From Octopus vulgaris (Eukaryota): a DNA stretch of 64,000 nucleotides. The stretch spans positions 104,346,001 through 104,410,000 of the forward strand of contig OX597819.1 in assembly GCA_951406725.2 (NCBI GenBank). Reading direction: 5' to 3'. Both the position numbers and the translations under genes were made by a program. Position 1 is the first letter of the stretch. The number at the start of each line of letters is the position of its first letter. This document shows, in pieces, positions 53,238 through 64,000 of the stretch. The notes below the pieces were generated by a model. It saw only the letters and a list, made by a program, of their open reading frames with translations, did not search any database and was not told the origin of the DNA.

Positions 53238-54380
53238 TTTGAAAATGAACAACCATCATACAGCATTAGATAGCACATCACCAATTAGGGTAAAAAGCCT
53301 TGTAATTTATGTAGAGCTGAAACGTTTGAAATCCTTTTTGTAAAATATATTCTTGTTAAGAAACTTTCGGAGATTCTCGGCTCAGAAGTGCTGATTATAT
53401 ATAACCTATAATTATTTTACCCTCACAGTATATTCAAATAGATAATACTGGTACCAATAATACATCAATTTAACTCATTCGTCTCAGATTTAACTACTAC
53501 CTATAACGCTCAGCGTAAAGGAAATACTTCACCAAGTATGCTATAAATATGCATAGGTATATATTCCATCATCTGAAACCGAAATAACCGTCATTTATAT
53601 GGCGTAACCTTCACATAAAAGTAGAAAAAGACAATGTGTATCAAAGTATGGGGGTGTAATGAAAAATTTATATAAGTTTAGTGAAAACAAAATTTACAAT
53701 ATGAATGCAGTCACATGAGTGAGGTGAAGAAAAAAAGCGTACGTACCATCTTTCTGGTTTCTGTAAGTAAGCGACTCTTGTATACTTTGTTTTACATTTA
53801 ACTTTATTTCTCGAAAGTCTTCCACATTTCTTAAAAATTCTGCATTTCCTTTATGTCGCACTTCATATCTCTTTATTAGCATTTTAATATTCTTAAGCCA
53901 ATAATGTTACTCATCATGTTAGTAAAAATATATGTGTTTACTCAACAGAATTAAGGACAAAATTCTATAAATGTTGGCACTACTTGAAAACTGTACACGT
54001 TGAATCATTTTCATGAAAATAACTCATGATGACTAGTTGCCAATATAAACCTGTAGCAATTTTACTATCTTACATTTTACATGTTTTCCCATTTAATTTA
54101 ATTTATTTATGTTATGTATATAATGTCCCTCACTTCTTATATAAGCATATATCCTCCTACTTTTGTAGTTGTAAGCAATTCCCTTCTGTTTTATATTGCC
54201 ACGAATGCATAATAATTAACACCACTTAGTCGATGCTTGAAGAACACAAACGTAAAAAAAAATGATCTTATATGAGTAACAATCCTGTTATCAAATCATA
54301 CACATACACGCACTCGCACACACGCACTGACTCCACTTCTTTCTCATACTCCTCCAACCACTATCCCAAGCACACCACTG

Positions 54381-54453
<73 letters not shown>

Positions 54454-54559
54454 CGACAGACCTTTGTATATACCACAGGGGGCTTCGGTTTGAAGGGTGG
54501 ATCAAAGCGATTAGTTTCATCATTGATAAGGCTCATCAGGGATCTTTTACTTTACCTTA

Positions 54560-55430
54560 GATATTGCTAAAGTTTAGAAATATAAATCCTATCAGAAATG
54601 TAAACAAAGTTGTTGGGGTTAAATTTGATAGTTTTTATGATAGAAAAAGAAAACAAAATATTCCATCCAAAAATAAAAGTATTTAAAAATAAAATATGAA
54701 CTAGATTATGGCTGAGAGATAACAATTTACTCAAGGTAGCCAGCCAACCTCTTTCCACTACGGCCTCAAGATGGGTCTGGAACCTGGCGCATGCTATCTT
54801 CACTGTGTCCTTGGAAGATCTTCGATCAGCTCCTTGGTTTTGACAACCAGCTCAACATTGTAGTTGCAGGTTGAGCGCCTGGCGTCTTTGTTACCGCACT
54901 CTACACATAGTAAGGATTACAATAGGGGGAATTACGAGGCCGAAAGTTGAGGCTGGTGGAGTCACAGAAATTCTCCGACAGCCACTTCTAACTCTTCCCG
55001 GCGGTAAAGTAAGGAGACAATTTCTGCCGCCACTTATACAGCCTCTCTAGCTAGACATGGGTCACAGTTTCCAATATCTTCGTATAGCCGTATCAGTGTA
55101 GCCTAAGATGTGGAGTTGAATTAAGGTGTGCGGATGAAGTCTGAACGCCTGCTGGGTCCCTTTCTACTGACCATAGCTTCGTAGTATCCGATGTAACTCT
55201 CCGTGTTACATCTTAATCTTTTACAGTTTTCACAGAGCATGAGCGGCAGTCACGACGTCGGCATTTTGATACTCGAAGCGAATCATTATGACACACGTAA
55301 CTCTGTACTAATATTTAGATGGCTTCCAGTCCTCCACCTCAGCAAACTGTTTCTCAACTACAACTTAAATCTTTATGCTCTCCAACAAAGTTGACTGCTA
55401 ACCAATACACCAAGCTGTTTCTGAAGAAAG
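54560..55430 (-). mobile_element. Decayed Tc1/mariner-superfamily transposon, maT/DD37D-like
   Basis: Minus strand YKWRQKLSPYFTAGKS*KWLSENFCD..FRPRNSPYCNP..YYV..IACARFQTHLEAVVE resembles WQQDSAP.H..WPPNSPDCNPLDYYVW. Confidence 0.7.
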
Positions 55431-55772
55431 GAGAGAGAAAAATCCTCAAATTTAGCCAGAATAACGTGTGCATTAGGTTATCCTAGATCTAGGAGGTAGT
55501 AATAGCCTCCCTTCGTCAGTCAATTCTCGTCACATCTGATATAATTGTAATTTATTTTTATAGTTTCTTTTCCATATTAGACTGTGTATACACGATTATA
55601 GCTTGGTTGTAATATTTTTAATTAAATTCAAAAGCAGAAGGATGAAACATAAAAAAAAAAAAATTGAAAAGAAGACATACAATAAAATGCTTGAAATGAA
55701 ATACAGACATACAGTGGGAAATTGAGTGGCATCCGATCAGATGGACTGTATTCGAACCTGTAATATTGGTTA

Positions 55773-55999
55773 TAAGGCGGCGAGCTGGCAGAAACGTTAG
55801 CACGCCGGGCGAAATGCTTAACGGTATTTCGTCTACGTTACGTTCTGAGTTCAAATTCCGCCGAGGTCGACTTTGCCTTTCATCCTTTCGGGGTCGATAA
55901 ATTAAAGTACCAGTTACGCACTGGGGTCGATGTAATCGACTTCATACCTATGTCTGTCCTTGTTTGTCCCCTCTGTGTTTAGCTCCTTGTGGGTAATAA
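55773..55999 (+). mobile_element. Young full-length family A SINE with 14 bp target-site duplication
   Basis: TGTAATATTGGTTA at 55759-55772 and 56000-56013; intact A/B boxes and Nin-like domain. Confidence 0.92.
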
Positions 56000-56952
56000 T
56001 GTAATATTGGTTACTAGAGTCCAGTATTTTCGCATTTCTTCTCGTTGATTCAACCTGTGATTTACGTAAAGGATTCATGTGTTTGCGGAACATTCAGCCA
56101 CTTCCACATTATTCCGCATAGGTTGTTTAGTGCATCGAACAATTCAACACTGAAGATTCCTCGTCGACACCGACAGAAAACCGTGGTATTCTATTGAAAG
56201 ATTTTCACCAGAAATGTATACAATGAAGATTTTATTTTATTTTCAAGTTTAGAAGAAATATTTTTCTCTTTTATCTATTTGTCTTTATTTATTTTTAAAG
56301 CTTGAAAAATATATTTTGCAGTTGACCGGGCAAACTTGACAAGCGGGGGTGTGTTCTTCACACCTAAGAACTGTTAACACATATACTGATCTTATTTGAT
56401 GTGCTTTTGTCCATCAAGTTTCACACTTATCTTTATTAGAAAGTGAGCAGTTTACAGGTGTTAACTTATGCAACGTGCAATGCAGCAGCAGCAACAGCAG
56501 TAGCAGCAACGGTAGCAACCACAGCAGCAGTCATATATGGTAATCGAAATGAAAATACCGAAAGAAAAATCAAGCCTTATCATATACACACGTGTACACA
56601 CATATGCATACACGTATGCACACACACACACAGACTCTATATCTCCATTTCACTTTTCCTTTCTCTCTCTCACACACACCCATTACACATACACCCCACC
56701 ACCTCCACACACAAGTATATTTTGTAAAAATATTCTACTTTGATATTAAACGAAACCGATTAAAGGTCTTATGAAAGAAGCATGCGCACAAAGGCACACA
56801 GTAACATAGACACATCTATATAAATGTGTCTTTGTGTGTGTGTGTGTGTGAAAGAGAGTGCGTATACCTTATATCTAGTTTTTTTCACGTATATAAATAT
56901 ACTGATAACTATATTTGCATGTGCACACATGATACACACAGACATAAATGTA

Positions 56953-56989
<37 letters not shown>

Positions 56990-57064
56990 GTCTGTCTGTC
57001 TGTGTGCCTGTCTGTCTGTCTGTCTATCTATCTATCTTTCTATTAATGTATGTGCGTATGTATA

Positions 57065-57095
<31 letters not shown>

Positions 57096-57585
57096 TCACA
57101 TATATATATGCATATACATATATATGTATGTGTATATATATGTACATATATATACATATATATATATACATATATGTACATATATATATATGCATATATG
57201 TAAGTATTTCTTTTTATTTCTATGTATCTATACATTTATGTGTGTATGAGTGCGTGTGTGTATATATCTATATCTATCTATCTATATATATATATATATA
57301 TATATACATATATTTCCCTGAGTGTGTGTATGCGAGTGTGCGTCTGTGTGTGTAGGTATGTGTGTAGGTGTGTGTGTAGGTGTGTGTGTGTGTGTGTAGG
57401 TGTGTGTGTGTTTGTGTGCGTGTGTGAATATAAATTTTCCTCAAGCATTTTTTCGGAATGTTCTTATATGTTACACGGTTTCTTCTTCAACCGATTCTTG
57501 CAAGACATCAGAGGAACGTTCTGGCACATTCCATGAAGTATGATGTTATTGCAGACTTTGGGCAGCGTGTACTGGCGAGAAAGAT

Positions 57586-57626
<41 letters not shown>

Positions 57627-57894
57627 AAGAGAGACAAAACAGAGAGAGAGAGAAAATGAGAAAAATAGAGAAGGCGATATATATAGAGAGAAAGGAGAGA
57701 GTGGGAGAGAGAGGGGGAGAGGTAAGGGGAAGTGAGGGGAAGAGAGAGGGAGAGAGAGAGGGGGATAGTGGAAAAGAGAGAGATGGACGGAGTAGAACAC
57801 AAATGATAAATAGGGGGTGTGAAGGAAGATGCAGAAGGTTTAGAGGAAAAAGAGAAATTAACACATTTCAATAATTAAACACTAAAATGGATGT

Positions 57895-57925
<31 letters not shown>

Positions 57926-58544
57926 ACAACAACAACAAAAACGACGACAACAACAACAACAACAACAGCACAATGACATCAACATTTTGAAAAATAGAAA
58001 ATTGATTAAAAAATTTGGCTTTCTTTAATTTGTAACATCATTTTTTGAATTATATTTTGATTTTCGTTTATTTATACTTTGTATTTTTTCGTGGTTTTGT
58101 TTGTTATACCTGCATTTATTTAGTTTTCTTTTTTATTGTTATCGTATTTTAAAAAATTACCTGCAAGTGCTAGTACTATTGTTGTTGTTTTTATTATTGT
58201 TAGGCGAGTTGTGAAGGTGGCAGATTAGTGGAATCGTTAAACCGTCGGTGAAAATGCTTCGCGATATTTGTTCCGTCTCTTTACATCCTGATTTCATATC
58301 ACGTCCAGTGAAGTACTTCGTTTCAAGTAGTCACAGTCAAGTACCCCCTAGTCAAGTACTGTAATCGACTAAAACCCTTCCCTAAAACTGCATGTCTTGT
58401 ACCAAAATTTGAAACCGCTACGGGGTGGTGAGCTGACAGGATCATTAGCACTGAGGATAAAATGCTTAGAGGGATTTGCCTTTCATCCTTTCAAGGTCTA
58501 TAAAATAACTACCAGTTACTCACTGGAATTCGAAATAATCGACT

Positions 58545-58685
58545 CATCCGACAACCACTTCTGACTCTTTCCCGGCGTATGGTAAGGAGTCGATCTCTGC
58601 TGCCACACATATGGCCTGTCCAGCCGCGGATTGATCGCAATCTTTAGCAGTTTCACATAGATGTCTGAATTGAGCTGAAGGCCTT
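58545..58685 (-). pseudogene. Short maT-like transposase fragment among decayed family A SINEs (58215-58930)
   Basis: GLQLNSDIYVKLL..RPYVWQQ..PYHTPGKSQKWLSD, related to 54960-55110. Confidence 0.65.
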
Positions 58686-59085
58686 AAGACTGCAGTTCTT
58701 GTGCCAAAATTTAAAACCACTATTATTAGGTGGGCCGTAAAGGATGATGGATTGGCAGAATAGGGCGTCAGTAAAAATATTTTGCGATATTTGATCTGGT
58801 TCATTACGTACCGTGTTCAAATTCCGTCGAAATCAAATTTGAATTTCATCCTTCAAGTGGCGATCAGATAAAATATCAATGAAGTATTTCTACCTTTAAA
58901 ATTGTTGCTCTTGTACCCGAATTTGAAATTAATATTAATATACGCACCGATATATATTAAATGCATGTACATACGCATAAGTACATATATTCTTGTATGT
59001 GCAGCCATTTGATATATGTATCATGTGGGTGCATGCATGTGAGTTCATATTTTGATATCTATCTAACTATCTATCTATCTATCTA

Positions 59086-59131
<46 letters not shown>

Positions 59132-59218
59132 TATTAGAGACAAAACCACTATTTTGCAAAACAAACAAGGAAAGACTTAATCAATACATAAAATTTTAAT
59201 AAATAGTCAAAAAAACCG

Positions 59219-59261
59219 CCACTACAATCGTTTCTTGTCTTGATCGACAATCTTCAGGTGG
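59219..59261 (-). ncRNA. Canonical small type I hammerhead ribozyme in a ~250 bp element (59126-59376) between (TA)n tracts
   Basis: Minus strand ccac-CTGAAGA-ttgtc-gatcaa-gacaa-GAAA-cgattg-TA-gtgg. A 14 bp inverted repeat pairs 59126-59139 with 59275-59288. Confidence 0.88.
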
Positions 59262-59370
59262 ACTTCAATAAGTCCTCTAATAATATTTTATAATATTTTA
59301 CTATAAAATTGGATTTAATCCTAAATCTGATTTTTTTCCCTGTAAAGTTGGATTTATTCCCTAATATTTA

Positions 59371-59425
<55 letters not shown>

Positions 59426-59786
59426 TGAGTGCGTATGTCTCCGTACGTGAGCGGATGTGGGCATGAGGGTGCAACATAAACGGAGGGTAAAAACCATAGA
59501 AATTCACGTGACTGTACCTTGTTGTTGCTGTTGTTGTTGTTGTTGTTGTTGTTCTTCTTCTTCTTCTTCTTCTTCTTCTTCTTCTTCTTCTTCTTCTTCT
59601 TCTTCTTCTTCTTCTTCTTCTTCTTTGATCAGCTAACAAAATCGATAAAGCTTCAGAAAAGACGGCCTTGCTTATTTCTTCCGTCTCCTCAAGTTCTGTT
59701 TTCAAAATTCCATCGCAACTTTACCTTTCATCATTTTGCCGTCAATAAAATAAAATACCCGTCAAGTACGGGGTTCCATATATGTA

Positions 59787-59868
<82 letters not shown>

Positions 59869-60653
59869 CAAATAACCCTTCTAACTACATTTCTGGCCTT
59901 GTGACTATATCAGAAATAATTTAGATAATATTTAGTTATTTTTCGTTATTTCTTTGATAGTTTGTTGATTTTATTCCTCTGCACCGCCCCACATCACCCC
60001 CGCATCTCCACCATGTCATGTCCTTTGCCCCATTCAAGTGTTTATCAAATTGTTCACGAGATTTTAATTTACGCTATCATTAAACATTTAACGCCAATGC
60101 GCGAAAAATATTATAAAATAACAATAAGGAGGGAGAAAGAGAGGGAGACAAACAGAGAGGGAGACAAACAGAGAGGGAGAGAGAGAGAGAGGGATGTGAA
60201 GGGAGTGATGGGGAGAGAGGGAGGGAGAGTGGTAGAGGAAGGAGAAATCAAATATCAAATAAACTGAAATAGCAAAAGAAGCGAAATGAATTATGATAAA
60301 AATTAAAATGGAAATTCTTGTCAACGGAAATGTAAAGCGAAAACAAATATGGTGGTAAATTGTTGGTGGAGGCGGTGGAAGTGGTGGTGGTGAGAGGATA
60401 TTTTGCTGTAGGGAAAGGAAGCAGCGATATCATTCTCACATCACAACAATTATTAACGCCATTGCTGTCATTATGGCTGTTATCATCATCATCACCATCA
60501 TCATAATCATCTTCATCAAATATTATTATTATTAATAAAGAAATCATTATTAAATAAATGAATCATCATCATCATCGTCATTATTATTATCATTATTATT
60601 ATTATTATTATTATTACTATTATTACTATTATTATTATTATTATTATTATTAC

Positions 60654-60684
<31 letters not shown>

Positions 60685-60834
60685 GATAATATCGTAGTTA
60701 TTCTTGCTATTATTACTATTATTATTATTGTTATTGTTGATTATCTCATTCTTTAATGTTATCTGTACAAGTATATTATTATTATCATTATTATTATTAT
60801 TGCCATTGTAGTTGTTGCTGTTGATGTTGTTGCT

Positions 60835-60889
<55 letters not shown>

Positions 60890-61165
60890 TTCAGAAAATA
60901 AAAGAAAATATTTTTTATTGATGTTGTGATTGTTATTGATGTTGTTATTAAACATGATGATAAATGGAATTAAGGAAATCATCAACCATCAAGGCAAACA
61001 AGTCTATTGTCTGTCGTTTGAAGAAATGTGCAAACAATAACAGCAAAATGAAAGATGGAGTATGTAAGTGAGCAATTGATTTGTTAGAAATAGCAGTCAA
61101 ATATCTCTCCACTCAGCCTAACATCTTAAATGAAAGTTATTTACACTGGAAAATGCTTACACCGC

Positions 61166-61235
<70 letters not shown>

Positions 61236-61515
61236 GATGATGATGAGGTACAACAGTTTAATGTATAGCTGTTATGACCTGTGGTTAAACAAGAAAATCA
61301 ACAGAAGCAACAACAACAACAACAACAACACTGTTAACAGAGAAAGACGTCTGAAGGAGAAGTATGACAATAACGACAACGGCAACGAACACTACTTCTA
61401 CAAAAATGACCACCACCAAATAAAAAACCACCACCACAGGATCTACCATTACCTCCCGCACCATCAGCCCAACCAGCACCGACCACCATCACTACCGTCA
61501 TCATCGTAGTCGTCG

Positions 61516-61569
<54 letters not shown>

Positions 61570-61836
61570 GTAGCATTAGCAGCAGCAGCAGCAGCGGCGG
61601 CGGCTCAACCACAGCTACCACTGCCGCCAGTATCATTGCAGTTATTTTTGTTGTTATTGGTGTTATTAATGTTGTTGTTTCAGTGATTAATTGAAGTCAT
61701 TAGAAAAACAAATTTCCTATTATAATGAAATATATTAAAAATATATAATTACCTAATTTTTGATAATTATGATAATTATTTCTGATATTGTTGAAGAAAA
61801 AGCAAAAAAAAGACGTCTATGATGATTAGGATAATA

Positions 61837-61869
<33 letters not shown>

Positions 61870-62010
61870 CTAATAATAATAATGGTAATGTTTATGATGA
61901 TTTATTTTGTCCTTTTAATAGACAATCTTCAAGATTATAAGAGTCACAACAAAAATAATAAAATAAAAATCATCATCATCGTCATCATCTTCTTCTTCCT
62001 CCTCCTCCTC

Positions 62011-62121
<111 letters not shown>

Positions 62122-63289
62122 GCTGACATCAATATTATTAAATAAATCTTCATTATTATTATGATGATCATTTTTTCTTCTTGACCTTTCTTTCTTTCTT
62201 TCTTTCTTTCTTGTTCTTGCACAACGTCTTCCTCACCCTATCTCTACTTTTCCCCTTTTTCTCCACTTCCCGCCCCTTCTTCTCCACGTCTTCTTCCCAT
62301 TATTATCATAATTGCGATCATCATATTCACTCCTCTCCCTTCTCCCAAACATTCACTCTCCTACCATTATGTTACAGCAATAAACTAATTATATACATAA
62401 TTTGTGGAACAATTAACAACAAACAACAACTGTAAACAAATATTAAACAATAACAATAAACAATAACAACCAAGTTGAAGAGAAATACATAATTAACATC
62501 AAAAATACATAATTAAAAACTGCTAAAATATAATCTCATGATTGCAGACTAATTAATTAATAATTAAACACAACCGCAGACATCATAATTGCGATTATAA
62601 TTATGTTTTCCGCCTTTGATTATTATAATTTTTTGATATTGTTTTATTGATGCTGTTGTAATTGTTGTTGTTGTTATGCTTCTTTTTTATTGTGTGTTGC
62701 TGTAGATTAAGCTTTTGTTGTATTGATGTTGTTGAGTTAAGCTCTTCTTGTTGCTGTTGTTAATATTATTGATGTCTGTTGTAGTTGTTAATGTTGTTTC
62801 TGATGTTGATATTTTTTCATGGTGTTCGTATTGATGTTTATAATGTTGACATAGATGTTGGTGTGTTCTTGTGTTATTGGATGTTTTGTTTTTTAATATT
62901 ATTTTGATGTGGATGTTGTTGATGTTTTTTAATATTATTTTGATGTGGATCTTCTTGAAGTTGTTTTGTTAATGCTGCTCTCACTATTAGCGTTGATGTT
63001 GATTTGTGATGTTGTTGCTGTTATCCTTATTGTTGGTATGTTCTTGTGTCCTTGAGTTGTTGATATCATACTGTGTTGCTATTGTTGTTGATGATGGTAT
63101 TGTGCACATTTTTGTTTGTTGTTGATATTATAGTTGTTGTGCTCTTGTATTATTATTATTGTCTTTGTGTTGTGTTTTGTATTGTGTTGCTCATTTTGAC
63201 GTTACATTGTTTTATCTCATTAAGTGTTTGCTGTGTCTATGTTGTATTATGGTGCATTTTTTGTTAGCCGCATATATTATTATTATCAT

Positions 63290-64000
63290 TCAGTAGTTTT
63301 ATTTTTATAGCGTGCTTTCACTTCACTGCCGAGCGCAGCTCTGTGTGCCTTGGGTATGTGCTGTGATTTGTTGTGATGCTCTGATGGTTATTGTATGGAA
63401 AGTCTTCTGCGTAGGATATGTGCAGTGCCTAGTAGTGCAATTTTCTGTATGTTATATGTGTTTGTAAGTCCTGGTGTTTTTGTTATGTATTTGTCTGAAT
63501 ATTTTTTATCATGCCTAATGCAACTACTATGATAGGAATTGTTTCTGTTTTTAGATTCCACATTCTGGTTACCTCTATTTCCAGGTCTTTATATTTTGAA
63601 AGTTTCTCCATTTCTTTTAGAGGCACGTTGTCATCTGCCGGTATAGATACATCAATTAGAAAGCATTTTTTTCTTCATGATCTCTGACAACTATATCTGG
63701 TCTGTTGGCCTTAATTTCTCTATCTGTGTGTATCGGAATATCCCAGAGTATGGTTGCTTTCTCGTTTTCTGTGACCTTTTCTGGTGTGTGCCTATACCTT
63801 CTTTTTTCTGTTGTTATTCCATAATGTTGGCATAGCTTCCAGTGTATGTAGGTTCCAACTCTGTCATGTCTGTGAATATATTCCTTCTTAGCCAGGACTG
63901 GGCAGCCAAAGATAATATGATTTATTGTTTCTTGTCCATCTCCACATATTCTGCAGTTACTTGTTATATTTCTTTTCATTACATGTTTTTGGTAATTTCT
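63290..64000 (-). mobile_element. R4/Dong-clade LINE 3' part, continuing beyond the window
   Basis: CRICGDGQETINHIIFGC, YIHRHD, RPDIVV and the same 3' UTR as 3260-3795 and 5350-6052. Confidence 0.92.

Overview
This is AT-rich, microsatellite-saturated eukaryotic DNA, apparently intergenic or intronic. The SINE types and repeat landscape resemble an octopus or other coleoid cephalopod genome; that assignment is inferred, not proven. No host protein-coding exon was recognised, and nearly all ORFs in the track are microsatellite translations or decayed transposon fragments. The window holds R4/Dong-clade LINE pieces in (TAA)n tracts, CR1 and RTE 3' ends, a Penelope GIY-YIG fragment, an internally deleted Helitron, Tc1, mariner and maT-like fragments, and many tRNA-derived SINEs. 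The main hidden signal is about 12 foldable type I hammerhead ribozymes, plus about 8 decayed ones, from at least 9 different small non-coding families. Nearly all lie next to (TA)n tracts and are arranged as partial tandem or inverted repeats, the architecture of Penelope terminal repeats and retrozymes. Two units carry two ribozyme copies one period apart (489 and 583 nt) and could release unit-length RNA able to circularise. All folds and alignments were done by eye, and no database search was run.
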